Sequence record: NC_023557.1
Length of the DNA: 64,000 nucleotides
Direction: 5' to 3' (one strand)
Both the position numbers and the translations under genes were made by a program. Positions 38,371 to 47,553 of this stretch are shown here, piece by piece; the stretch's first letter is position 1, and each line of letters starts with the position of its first letter. Below the pieces are notes generated by a model. The model saw only the letters and a list, made by a program, of their open reading frames with translations, had not been told where the DNA came from and made no database searches.

Positions 38371-38868
38371 ATGGACATTCAACAGTACCAGCCCTCTGCA
38401 CAGATCCTGCATCTCGCTAATCTGTTCTGCGACTACTTCAACCAATCGCCGAATTATTATAACTTGGATTTGGGTAACCGGATCTTTGTCGAGACCAGCA
38501 TCTATCCCATTACTGGGGTCGTTGATATAACACCACAGCGGATCGAACGTCTGCAAGCGTCACACATGACAGGTCAGCTGGTCACCGTGGTCGATGAGCT
38601 GTTAAAACTATTTCCTAACATGCGCTATGTATCAGATGAGTGTGATGGGTTGCTATCCTTGCTGTGTAACGGACGGGCAATTGAGATGACAACCGCCAAG
38701 GGTCTCTGTCGGGGTATTGTCACCTTACGGGGCGTGGTCTGGTTAGATCGCTTTGATCACGACTACCTCAATCCTGATGCGGCACATTATGAAGAGATGG
38801 CCCGGCTGATCAATGTCCATCTGGCGCTGATTAAATTCCAAGGCACCATCCTAAAAAGATTTCTTTAA
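38371..38868 (+). CDS. Hypothetical protein
   Basis: 165 aa, AAGGTG RBS. Confidence 0.6.
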   Translation: MDIQQYQPSAQILHLANLFCDYFNQSPNYYNLDLGNRIFVETSIYPITGVVDITPQRIERLQASHMTGQLVTVVDELLKLFPNMRYVSDECDGLLSLLCNGRAIEMTTAKGLCRGIVTLRGVVWLDRFDHDYLNPDAAHYEEMARLINVHLALIKFQGTILKRFL

Positions 38869-38894
38869 CACAAGTATACGTAGCGAGGTCATGA

Positions 38895-39479
38895 ATGAAC
38901 TACATCTACCGTGCAAACGGCCATTTATTTGTGTTGCTCTACCACATTCCAGTTCTTGATGTCGATCCGAATAAAATGACCCATTGGGAACGGGTATTGC
39001 ATTACCGTCCCTTAACAATTGCCCTCGGGGCTGAAGAAACAGCGGCAGTCGCATTCATGCCTGTTCATCTCGAACTGAGTGGCTGGTCAATGACAACCGA
39101 TGAAGGTGAGTTCTACGACGGCATCTATGTGATCTGGGAGGGTAAACTCTATCTAACACAGAACGATGAAATGTGTTTGATAGAAGAAATCCCTACCCTG
39201 TTTCACAACCTGATGCCAAGTGCTTATCATCAGCAAATGGTGCGTTACACTCAACCGTTTGAGTTCATCAACGGGCTCGACCATCGTAAGTTACGCACGC
39301 TAAAGGCGACAGCCGAAACCGCCAACAGTTTCCTGCGTATGATGGATCGGTTTGAACAAGCGGTTGAATGCCATTACATCAATGAACGCACCAACCTCAT
39401 GGCGTCCACCGAGATGCCCTTGAGCTTTATTCCGCGCCAACGTGGTGCTGTTATTAACGAACCTATCGTCTTACATTAA
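38895..39479 (+). CDS. Hypothetical protein
   Basis: 194 aa, GAGG RBS. Confidence 0.6.
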   Translation: MNYIYRANGHLFVLLYHIPVLDVDPNKMTHWERVLHYRPLTIALGAEETAAVAFMPVHLELSGWSMTTDEGEFYDGIYVIWEGKLYLTQNDEMCLIEEIPTLFHNLMPSAYHQQMVRYTQPFEFINGLDHRKLRTLKATAETANSFLRMMDRFEQAVECHYINERTNLMASTEMPLSFIPRQRGAVINEPIVLH

Positions 39480-39490
39480 CGGAGCCAGTC

Positions 39491-39943
39491 ATGTCAGAAC
39501 AAAAACCCCTTATCCCGTTTCTCCACTTCCAGATCGATGCATTCCGTAATTACCTGGTCGCTAATGATCTGACCCCGTACGCCGTCTTTACCTTGCCTAA
39601 AGGTCTGGACCCGGTACTGGATCGCTACGCCGACCCTGCCAGTGGCCAGCTGATCCTTAACCTCAGCCCTAACTCCTGTGGTCACTACGAGATCACTGAT
39701 GATGGTTATATGGTTCTGCATCAGCGTTTCTCGGGTAAAGCCCACGAAGCGTTCCTGCCGGTCCAACACCTGCTGGCCATGTATGCGCGTGAACGTCAAG
39801 ACCAGGCCATGGTCTTTGCCGACATCGAGCACACCTGCGATGATGATGTGAAATTTGTTGAAGATGAGACTGTGCCGGAAGTGGATGACACTAACGTAAC
39901 AGCCCTGCCCTTCAAGAAACCCACATTAACGGTAGTCAAGTAA
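39491..39943 (+). CDS. sspB: SspB, ClpXP protease specificity-enhancing adaptor
   Basis: DNDLTPY-like ANDLTPY, GQLILNLSP, RFSG, LLAMYARE, acidic linker and C-terminal ClpX-binding tail PTLTVVK (E. coli LRVVK). Confidence 0.9.
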   Translation: MSEQKPLIPFLHFQIDAFRNYLVANDLTPYAVFTLPKGLDPVLDRYADPASGQLILNLSPNSCGHYEITDDGYMVLHQRFSGKAHEAFLPVQHLLAMYARERQDQAMVFADIEHTCDDDVKFVEDETVPEVDDTNVTALPFKKPTLTVVK

Positions 39944-40129
39944 ATTCTATGACTGCGGTTGCGTTCGGTGAGCTTGCCTTTGTACGGTATTGAAGTTCAG
40001 CAGTCGGGTGGCATTTGCCACCCTTCTATACACAGCTTCTTTATTTTTTGTCGAAAAATAATCAGACCTACATTACGTATAGGCTACAGCTAGTCTGTTG
40101 TAATTCGCATCACTAAGGCTAGGTTTACT

Positions 40130-40426
40130 ATGTCACTCATTTGCGTTGATCATCTTGTGGCGGCTTGCGCTACATTTGTTCTGCTGTTGGTGTTGGAGCG
40201 CATCATTCACAGAGACGAACCCGACCACACCCTGATTGAACTGCTCCTTACGGCCTTCGGCATTTCAATCAGCATTCCCGTCACTGTCGGTATGATTATG
40301 CTGACTTACGTGATTCTATTGATCCGTAAGCAACCCAACGCCTTAACCAGGGCGAGTTATTTCCCGGTGGAGATCCTGCGTCTTATTACCCGCAATCGCT
40401 TCAGGCGAAAACCCTCTATTCTCTAA
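40130..40426 (+). CDS. Small membrane protein
   Basis: Two hydrophobic segments and a basic C-terminus. Confidence 0.5.
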   Translation: MSLICVDHLVAACATFVLLLVLERIIHRDEPDHTLIELLLTAFGISISIPVTVGMIMLTYVILLIRKQPNALTRASYFPVEILRLITRNRFRRKPSIL

Positions 40427-40436
40427 CTTACTTCTG

Positions 40437-40465
40437 GGGTGAGTGAAAACTCACCCTTTATGCCG
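40437..40465 (+). terminator. Hairpin GGGTGAGT-GAAA-ACTCACCC followed by TTTATGCCG
   Basis: 8-bp stem, GNRA loop, family motif. Confidence 0.75.
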
Positions 40466-40527
40466 GCGTGTTTAAAACAACTAAATTGCGCCATTATTTA
40501 GACACCGTTAATTAAAGGAATACTGTT

Positions 40528-41079
40528 ATGTCTGTTGTCGACAAATTCAAGAACTGGAAAGCGAACAAGCGCATCGCGTTGCTCGAAGAACTGCTGGAGG
40601 TTCACTACTCAATCGGGGATGTGGTGAGTTACCCAGATCCACCGGCGTTCGAAGTCTGCTGGCATGACACACCGGACTCGATCCACCGGGTACGCTGGAC
40701 AGGTGTGGCTGAAGCCACCGGCATGACGTATGACGATTTCTTCAAAGCCACGCGCGTAGGTCAGTTGCACGATACCTCAAACGTTGAAATCACCGGTGAA
40801 CAAGAAATCGCGGATATGCAAACCCAGGGTTGTTATGCCTTCTGTAACTGGCTGACGAATGAGATCCACATCTGGCTGGGTGATCTGCCGTATGATGACC
40901 CACGCACGGAAGAGATCCTTCACACCATGATCGCCAGTGAGATCGCGCACCTCACCCCCAACCGTCATCGTAATGAACAGCTGGAAATGTACCGGGCGAT
41001 GCAGTATGCCGTGGTAGCGCGTTCTGCCAAAGCGGTATTGGTTGATGCATTGGGCCTACTGAAAGGAAAACAGGTATGA
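40528..41079 (+). CDS. Zincin-like protein with degenerate HExxH motif
   Basis: CYAFC...EIHIWL...TMIASEIAHL. Confidence 0.45.
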   Translation: MSVVDKFKNWKANKRIALLEELLEVHYSIGDVVSYPDPPAFEVCWHDTPDSIHRVRWTGVAEATGMTYDDFFKATRVGQLHDTSNVEITGEQEIADMQTQGCYAFCNWLTNEIHIWLGDLPYDDPRTEEILHTMIASEIAHLTPNRHRNEQLEMYRAMQYAVVARSAKAVLVDALGLLKGKQV

Positions 41080-41393
41080 AGAAGGAACTCTTCACGGTCG
41101 TTACCATTGCAGGTGAAGTTAAAACCCCGATCACCGTGTTTGTTCCAGAGCATGACTACGACATCAATCAACGGGTAGATCTGGTGGCTGCGTGTTATGA
41201 CCGTCGCCACAAACAAACACCCATCAGCAAAGAACACAAAGCATTGGTTACTGACTTACTGGCGCAGATGCGCGAGAAGCTTAACACCGCGATTACACTC
41301 GGGGAAGATGTTGTGCTGGTCTCAGGCGATGTCTCATTGAAGTACCGGGTTTACCTCAGTACTTTTAAAGGAACGACCTATGTTGAGACATGA
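41076..41393 (+). CDS. Hypothetical protein, tandem paralogue 1
   Basis: ELFTVV.I.G...PI motif shared with the next gene. Confidence 0.6.
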   Translation: MKKELFTVVTIAGEVKTPITVFVPEHDYDINQRVDLVAACYDRRHKQTPISKEHKALVTDLLAQMREKLNTAITLGEDVVLVSGDVSLKYRVYLSTFKGTTYVET

Positions 41394-41694
41394 GTTGATT
41401 ACTTCAGTAGCAGTCAACGGCAAGGAGTATTCGCCGATTGTCTGTCCACTGGCTAAAGGACCGGATTACAGCCGGGCGTTTGGTGCGTTGCATAAAGCGT
41501 ATCGGGATGCTGCGACTTACGGCAGTCAGATCATCACGGAGCCGTATGTCAAAACCATTTGCGGGTTGATCGACCAAATCCAAACTGATCTGGCATCTGG
41601 TGTCGATTTCACCGAGGTCCGTAAAGTCAGCGACGGTGAAGTGGCAATCAGTTATCACATCACTGTTCGTACGCTCCCGCGCCACGGCAGTTAA
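41380..41694 (+). CDS. Hypothetical protein, tandem paralogue 2
   Basis: ELITSV.V.G...PI motif. Confidence 0.6.
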   Translation: MLRHELITSVAVNGKEYSPIVCPLAKGPDYSRAFGALHKAYRDAATYGSQIITEPYVKTICGLIDQIQTDLASGVDFTEVRKVSDGEVAISYHITVRTLPRHGS

Positions 41695-41760
41695 TGACCT
41701 CACCCAATCAGTGCAGCCGCTGGTTGGGTTTTCTTACGCTTCATTATAAAGGAAGACATC

Positions 41761-42390
41761 ATGGGTTGGTTTAATAAACAGAAAGCTACACCGGTAGTTG
41801 AAGACACCGCCACGACAGGCAAGCAAGACAGTGCCGACTACCCGTGGGGTGCAACGTATCGCCAACGACTAATGACACATGCTCGTTCATTATTGACCGT
41901 TGATGAACAACAACCCCTGCGTTCTGGCGAAGCCGGTAAGTTGATCGTTTTTAACGGCGTGGGTTTCTTGATCCGGGGTGAATCGGCCAACATTCCTGAT
42001 TTGGCTTACATGCACTATCTGGAAGAAATGTGGAACTGGTTGTTGCGCTGTAATGGAATCGAGCAAAAGCACGGGGGTGTCGTGCCTCGGGCTGAGGTGA
42101 TTCGCCGTTACGATATCGGCGGGGTAGCTGAAGGCCTGGGTTACACCGTTGGGTCGCTAGAGCCAATCGTCCCGGCCTATACTGCCAGTAGCCTGCGTCA
42201 CCGTAATGCTGCAGACGGTCTGCATTTACTCAAAACCCTGCAGGACGTGATTCCGGTCACGGACATGCTGATGATTAGTGAACATGAGAAAGAGCTGATC
42301 CGCAATATAGAGAACTTGGGGATGAAATTGGTTTCAACTCCACTCAGTCACGCCGGTCAGATATTTAGCCGAATCCGCTTTAAGGACTGA
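41761..42390 (+). CDS. Hypothetical protein
   Basis: 209 aa, AAGGAAG RBS. Confidence 0.6.
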   Translation: MGWFNKQKATPVVEDTATTGKQDSADYPWGATYRQRLMTHARSLLTVDEQQPLRSGEAGKLIVFNGVGFLIRGESANIPDLAYMHYLEEMWNWLLRCNGIEQKHGGVVPRAEVIRRYDIGGVAEGLGYTVGSLEPIVPAYTASSLRHRNAADGLHLLKTLQDVIPVTDMLMISEHEKELIRNIENLGMKLVSTPLSHAGQIFSRIRFKD

Positions 42391-42395
42391 CACCG

Positions 42396-43505
42396 ATGAT
42401 CTATCTGGTCTGGATTCTGATTCCATCCTTGCTACTGGTGCTGTTGTCCAAAGCCGTGTTCCCGCATCACATCACCTTTAAAGAGTGGTCGCTGCAGGGC
42501 GTGGCAGTTGTAGTGGGGACGGCGTTGTCTGTCTTGATACTCTATATCACTACAACGGGGATGAGTATCGATCATGAAGTCTGGAATGGCTCTGTGATCT
42601 CCAAAGCGCCGGTGCGGGTCTCCTGTACGCACGAACACCAATGTGGCGAGACGTGTTCTACCGACAGCAAGGGTAAGAAACACTGCACGCCGATCTATTG
42701 TCCGGATCATGCCTTTGATGTTGATTGGGATGTCAAGACAACGGTCGGAACGTTTACCATTGATCGCGTAGCGTTTGATCGTCAGGGATTACGGGAACCT
42801 AAACGCTTCACTGCAGTGCAGATTGGTGAACCGGCAGCAGCGGAGAAGTACACCCGCAATTACCTGTTGTTGGACAGTGATCGCTTTAAAGCCTCAGAAG
42901 GGGTGATGGAGAAGTACAAAGGACGGATACCGGATTATCCCTCCACGTATGACTATTACCGTTTTAACCGGGTAGTCAATACCACCAAGGATGATTTCAA
43001 TTACATCAATGATTACCTGAATAAGGAACTGATTACACTCGGCGCACAAAAACAACTCAACATTGTCGTGGTAATAACCGACAAGAGTAAAGACTTCTAT
43101 GAAGCCCTCCGTGAATCCTGGGACGGTGCCCGTAAGAACGATGTGATACTCGTCTACGGCATTGACAAGGAACATCATGTGAACTGGTTTAAAGCCGATG
43201 CGTTTGCAGACGGGCAGTCAAATATGTCGATGATCAAAACACTGAACTCGACAGCCCTTGACCGCACTCTTGATGCTGACCTCGTGCATGAACAACTTCA
43301 CGTGATCCAGGAGCGTTTTACTAGACTGCCTAATAAAACCTTCGAATACCTCAATGAAGATTTCACCCCACCGATGTGGGCAATCATCATGACGGTGCTC
43401 ATTAACCTGCTACTCAATATTGGCGTGACCTGGTTCATGGTAAAAAATGAAATGGGCGAATACGCATTCATGAATGATAAAGGAAGAAGAAATGCAAGAT
43501 GGTAA
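42396..43505 (+). CDS. Membrane protein with Cys-rich extracytoplasmic segment and TPM-like domain
   Basis: Two N-terminal TMs, C.H...C...C...C segment, QLNIVVVIT...ESWDGARKNDVILVYGID, C-terminal TM. Confidence 0.6.
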   Translation: MIYLVWILIPSLLLVLLSKAVFPHHITFKEWSLQGVAVVVGTALSVLILYITTTGMSIDHEVWNGSVISKAPVRVSCTHEHQCGETCSTDSKGKKHCTPIYCPDHAFDVDWDVKTTVGTFTIDRVAFDRQGLREPKRFTAVQIGEPAAAEKYTRNYLLLDSDRFKASEGVMEKYKGRIPDYPSTYDYYRFNRVVNTTKDDFNYINDYLNKELITLGAQKQLNIVVVITDKSKDFYEALRESWDGARKNDVILVYGIDKEHHVNWFKADAFADGQSNMSMIKTLNSTALDRTLDADLVHEQLHVIQERFTRLPNKTFEYLNEDFTPPMWAIIMTVLINLLLNIGVTWFMVKNEMGEYAFMNDKGRRNARW

Positions 43506-44082
43506 GAAAGGCCTATCTACTGGTGCTCTTGTGGGCATCGTCGCTGTTGGTTTCCTGGTATTGGTCCTGGCCATAGCCGGTTCGATCTTTATGGGTTATG
43601 TCTCGGCATCGAATGAAGGGGTGCGATCTGAAAGCCGCATTGAGCAGCTGAACAAAGACTCCGAGAACGTACTGAGCACCTCAACGATCAAGATCAAGAA
43701 CATGGCTCAGATTCCGGGCATGTATGTGAAAGATCTTAAAGAGGTGATCAGGGCTACCTTTGAAGGGCGTTATGGTAAAGACGGGTCGAAAGCCGTAGTG
43801 CAGTTTATTCAGGAACAAAACCAGCAGGTCGATTCCAAACTGTACCTGAACATTCAAAATGAGATGGCGGCTGGTCAGGATGAGTTTCGTATTGCGCAGA
43901 GCAACAAGCTTGCAGCATGTCGTAATTATGAAAACAGCCTGGGTTATTTCTGGAAAGGCATGTTCTTGAAGTGGGCGGGTTATCCGAAGAAAGACCTGAG
44001 CAAACTCTGCCAGGTGGTGTCGGATGATCAAACGCAAGAAGCGTTTAAGACCGGCAAGCAAAAGACCATCGAGCTGAACTAA
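43492..44082 (+). CDS. LemA-like single-TM helical protein
   Basis: N-terminal TM, then GYVSASNEGVRSE and YLNIQNEM...FRIAQ...RNYENSLGYFWKGMFLKWAGYP resembling the LemA C-terminal pattern. Confidence 0.55.
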   Translation: MQDGKKGLSTGALVGIVAVGFLVLVLAIAGSIFMGYVSASNEGVRSESRIEQLNKDSENVLSTSTIKIKNMAQIPGMYVKDLKEVIRATFEGRYGKDGSKAVVQFIQEQNQQVDSKLYLNIQNEMAAGQDEFRIAQSNKLAACRNYENSLGYFWKGMFLKWAGYPKKDLSKLCQVVSDDQTQEAFKTGKQKTIELN

Positions 44083-44110
44083 CTCACCATCGGACAGGGA
44101 TGTCCTTTTA

Positions 44111-44467
44111 ATGGAGGTCGTCATGCCTTTTATTCGATTCAAAGCAAAAGAGATTAAACATACTGCGGACGCCGTAACAAGTCTGAAGCGGTTCTTTGGT
44201 CTGATTGATAAAAACATTGATGCCGTTAAGATTGTCCAGGCATTTCAAACGGTCGATACCCGCAACGAACCCCTGCTGGAAAACTCGTTGTTGATTATCA
44301 CACGGATGCCAGACGGGACAAAACGTCACACTCATATCTGGAACTCGAAGTTCAAAGAAGAACTCGCTGCATTTAAACCTGAACTGGTTGGTGAAGTCCG
44401 ATCGTTCAGACTCGATTATCAGTTGTATATGGACGGCGATGAGGACAACCCCCTTAAAAGGTTTTAG
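44111..44467 (+). CDS. Hypothetical protein
   Basis: 118 aa; likely start at the second Met (GGAGG RBS). Confidence 0.55.
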   Translation: MEVVMPFIRFKAKEIKHTADAVTSLKRFFGLIDKNIDAVKIVQAFQTVDTRNEPLLENSLLIITRMPDGTKRHTHIWNSKFKEELAAFKPELVGEVRSFRLDYQLYMDGDEDNPLKRF

Positions 44468-44509
44468 TTACCCCCAATTAACCGTACTGTCTTTATAAAG
44501 GTAGTTATC

Positions 44510-45748
44510 ATGTCAAACATTATTGAATTAGAAGGTAAGCAGGTTCCCATCAAGATGTGGACGAAGTTTGTTCCGGTAGAAGAACGTGCTCAACAACAAT
44601 TACTAAACTTGAGTGAGTTACCTTTCATCTTCAAACACCTAGCCGTGATGCCTGATGTACACTGGGGAATGGGCGCGACCATTGGTTCGGTTATTGCGAC
44701 TAAAGGTGCGATTATTCCTGCCGCAGTGGGTGTTGATATTGGTTGTGGGATGATTGCCCAACAAACCTCGCTGGTTGCTGCTGACCTGCCCGATAACCTC
44801 AGTGCTTTGCGCAGTCGTATTGAAGCAAGCATCCCACATGGACGTACCGATAACGGCGGTGCAAACGATCGCGGTGCCTGGGGTGATGAGTTCGCCATGG
44901 GCTTAGACGATGTGCACCGTGAAGCATTGCTGGTTCTTCAGCAACGTTTAGTGGCTATTGTGGCTAAGCACCCGAAGCTCACCAAAGCAGCAGGTAAGTT
45001 CACCAAACATACTGGCACACTGGGTAGCGGTAACCACTTCGTTGAAATCTGTTTAGACGAAGAGCAACGCGTTTGGGTAATGCTTCATTCAGGTTCACGT
45101 GGTATCGGCAACACCATCGGTAAATACTTCATCGAGAAAGCCAAAGAAGAGATGAACCGTTTCTTCGTCCATTTAGTTGACCAAGATCTGGCGTATCTCC
45201 CAGAAGGCTCTCAGTATTACGATGACTACTTGCAAGCGGTGCAATGGGCACAAGACTTTGCAGCGCTCAATCGTGCGGTGATGCTGAGCGCGACACTGAA
45301 GGCATTGCACAGTACCGTGGCTAAGCCATTCACTGAAAGCACCATTGCGGTTAACTGTCATCACAACTATGTTGCCATGGAAAACCATTTTGATACCAAT
45401 GTCCTGGTCACCCGTAAAGGTGCAGTGCGGGCGCGTATAGGTGATCTAGCGATTATCCCGGGTAGCATGGGCGCGAAGTCGTTTATTGTCGAAGGTCTGG
45501 GTAACCAGGAAAGCTTCTGTTCATGTTCACATGGTGCTGGTCGTTTACTGTCGCGCTCAGCGGCAGTGAAACAATTCAGTCTGGAAGACCATATCCGTGA
45601 TACCGAGGGTGTGGAATGCCGTAAAGACAAAGACGTTCTTGATGAAACACCGAAGGCATATAAGTCGATTGAAGACGTGATGCGGTCACAAGACGATTTG
45701 GTGAAAATCAAATACACTCTGAAACAGATCCTTTGTGTAAAAGGTTAA
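44510..45748 (+). CDS. rtcB: RtcB RNA ligase (3'-phosphate/5'-OH)
   Basis: MPDVH.G.G..IG, VGVDIGCG, GTLGSGNHF, HSGSRG, HHNY, IIPGSMG, SHGAGR, C-terminal KG. Confidence 0.95.
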   Translation: MSNIIELEGKQVPIKMWTKFVPVEERAQQQLLNLSELPFIFKHLAVMPDVHWGMGATIGSVIATKGAIIPAAVGVDIGCGMIAQQTSLVAADLPDNLSALRSRIEASIPHGRTDNGGANDRGAWGDEFAMGLDDVHREALLVLQQRLVAIVAKHPKLTKAAGKFTKHTGTLGSGNHFVEICLDEEQRVWVMLHSGSRGIGNTIGKYFIEKAKEEMNRFFVHLVDQDLAYLPEGSQYYDDYLQAVQWAQDFAALNRAVMLSATLKALHSTVAKPFTESTIAVNCHHNYVAMENHFDTNVLVTRKGAVRARIGDLAIIPGSMGAKSFIVEGLGNQESFCSCSHGAGRLLSRSAAVKQFSLEDHIRDTEGVECRKDKDVLDETPKAYKSIEDVMRSQDDLVKIKYTLKQILCVKG

Positions 45749-45750
45749 TT

Positions 45751-46071
45751 ATGAACAAGAAAAAGCAAGTGACGATCTTTGTAGCGGGCGATGTCAATTC
45801 AGCAAAGACCACGGTCATTGCCATTATTGAAAAGGCGCTGAAGGAAGCGGGTCTGGATGCCAAACTGCTTGCGCATGCAGCGGCAGATGCGGAGTATTTC
45901 GTCGGTGAGAAATTAACACCAGAGCATATCTCTGCGATCAATGAGAAGGTTGAGATTTCCATTGAAGAACTCACCCGCCCAGCACCGACCAATGATGATG
46001 GTTCACAGCCTGAGAGTTACGTGGCGATCACCCATAGCGCCGGCATCAAGATCCTCCCACGTAATAGCTAA
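45751..46071 (+). CDS. Small protein with degenerate P-loop-like motif
   Basis: VAGDVNSAKTT, similar to the N-terminus of the 36559 protein. Confidence 0.55.
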   Translation: MNKKKQVTIFVAGDVNSAKTTVIAIIEKALKEAGLDAKLLAHAAADAEYFVGEKLTPEHISAINEKVEISIEELTRPAPTNDDGSQPESYVAITHSAGIKILPRNS

Positions 46072-46076
46072 CACCT

Positions 46077-46104
46077 AAGAGGACTTCGGTCCTCTTTTAT
46101 GCCC
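46077..46104 (+). terminator. Hairpin AAGAGGAC-TTCG-GTCCTCTT followed by TTATGCCC
   Basis: cUUCGg hairpin plus family motif. Confidence 0.75.
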
Positions 46105-46149
46105 GGTTTAATTGTATATAGACACAGTACACATCAACCGAGGGCCATC

Positions 46150-47088
46150 ATGTTAGAGTTACTGATGTTAGGACACCCTACCCAAAGTGCAGGGGGTATG
46201 CAAGAGGACATCAAGACTGACGTCTCGGGACTCATTGCAAAATATAGCAACGCCGGGTCAGTTAGTGCCCTGAATATAACAGTCGGGACAAGTGCCGGTC
46301 TTGCGGTGTATAACAACCAATTGATTTTAATAGCACCATCAACTGTCAGCTATTATGACATCAATACGTTTGTGCGATCGAAGGTTACTAACAATAACGT
46401 CAGTATCAGTGTGTCGTACAACAGCGTTGCACACCAATCGGGCAAGCATTGGTGGTTTGGTCAGGATCGAAGCGTTGCGGCAATTTACCATGTGGATTTA
46501 GAAACAGGTGTGGTGACCAAATACCCTACGCCACCGGTTAAGAAAGGCATGTTCTATGCGTATAAAGGAAAACTGTGGCTAGTCGGTGGTTGGATTGGTA
46601 GTGTCAGCAACACCACGACCATCTACAGCATCGACTACAACAACCCCGTGAGCTGGAGTAGTCAGCCTTTAAATGCCCCATTGCCTCGTCAGTTAGCGGG
46701 CGCATCAGCCTATTTCACCACAAATGGTTTAGTGGCGTTTGTCGGAGGCGGGGCAGTAAGTAGTTCCGGAGATACCGATGGCACAGGTTATACCAGTGTC
46801 ATGCTCCTCAATCCCGATACGTTAACCTTCACAGGCAAGACGATCTCCACACCAATGGGTGGCGGATACCACAACCCGAACTTTGTCTTCAATGACACCG
46901 CGTACCAATTTAAATACACCAACACCGGACAGCGTTGGTCGCTAGGCGATGTCAGTCGGGAATCTAGCCTCAGTCCTGCGCCGATCATTGGCGGTTACCA
47001 TAACGCATTTACGATCGCCGGACGTGTTGCCTTCTACGGGAACAGTTACTCTACCAGCCCTGTTTATCTCTACGTTTTACCAGATTAA
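46150..47088 (+). CDS. Kelch-like beta-propeller protein
   Basis: KLWLVGGW, VAFVGGG, Gly/Tyr/Trp blades; MLELLMLG N-terminus. Confidence 0.6.
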   Translation: MLELLMLGHPTQSAGGMQEDIKTDVSGLIAKYSNAGSVSALNITVGTSAGLAVYNNQLILIAPSTVSYYDINTFVRSKVTNNNVSISVSYNSVAHQSGKHWWFGQDRSVAAIYHVDLETGVVTKYPTPPVKKGMFYAYKGKLWLVGGWIGSVSNTTTIYSIDYNNPVSWSSQPLNAPLPRQLAGASAYFTTNGLVAFVGGGAVSSSGDTDGTGYTSVMLLNPDTLTFTGKTISTPMGGGYHNPNFVFNDTAYQFKYTNTGQRWSLGDVSRESSLSPAPIIGGYHNAFTIAGRVAFYGNSYSTSPVYLYVLPD

Positions 47089-47093
47089 GAACC

Positions 47094-47123
47094 GGAGAGG
47101 CGCACAGCCTCTCTCTTATGCCG
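47094..47123 (+). terminator. Hairpin GGAGAGGC-GCACA-GCCTCTCT followed by CTTATGCCG
   Basis: Stem plus family motif. Confidence 0.7.
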
Positions 47124-47140
47124 TCAAAAGGAAATTAACC

Positions 47141-47551
47141 ATGCGTACACTTGTTGTTGTTTTAACTGAACCGGCTGAGAACCAATCGATTGCTCTGACT
47201 ATCCGCGACCCGTATCACGAGCTTACCTTTGACAAGATCGCAGGTTGGATCGAGTCGGCTACCGGTGACAGTGTATTTCGTGACAAATTCGATTTATTGT
47301 GTAACGAACACACCCTGGAAGTTTTGGTCGATGTAGTTGATGACGGCGACACGCCAACGGTGCACTTCGTCTACAGCAACACCCAATGGAAAGATTGGGT
47401 AAAGTCAGTGGCAAAAGCTTTCGTTTACAACGACCCGCATTCTCGTAACTTTTGCACGGTGAAGGCCGCAGCCGCTTTACTGACCCGTGCGGAACCAACC
47501 CTTAGTGACCAACACAGCGATCTGCGTGGCATTGCCTACGTCGAGGAGTAA
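47141..47551 (+). CDS. Hypothetical protein
   Basis: AAGGA RBS favours ATG 47141 rather than the track start 46949. Confidence 0.6.
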   Translation: MRTLVVVLTEPAENQSIALTIRDPYHELTFDKIAGWIESATGDSVFRDKFDLLCNEHTLEVLVDVVDDGDTPTVHFVYSNTQWKDWVKSVAKAFVYNDPHSRNFCTVKAAAALLTRAEPTLSDQHSDLRGIAYVEE

Positions 47552-47553
47552 TC

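Noticed and set aside
39944-40066. GGGTGGC-ATTT-GCCACCC hairpin and a 6-bp GACTGC/GCAGTC pairing as a structured RNA
   Set aside because: Adequately explained as an ordinary terminator after sspB; the outer pairing is too short to support more
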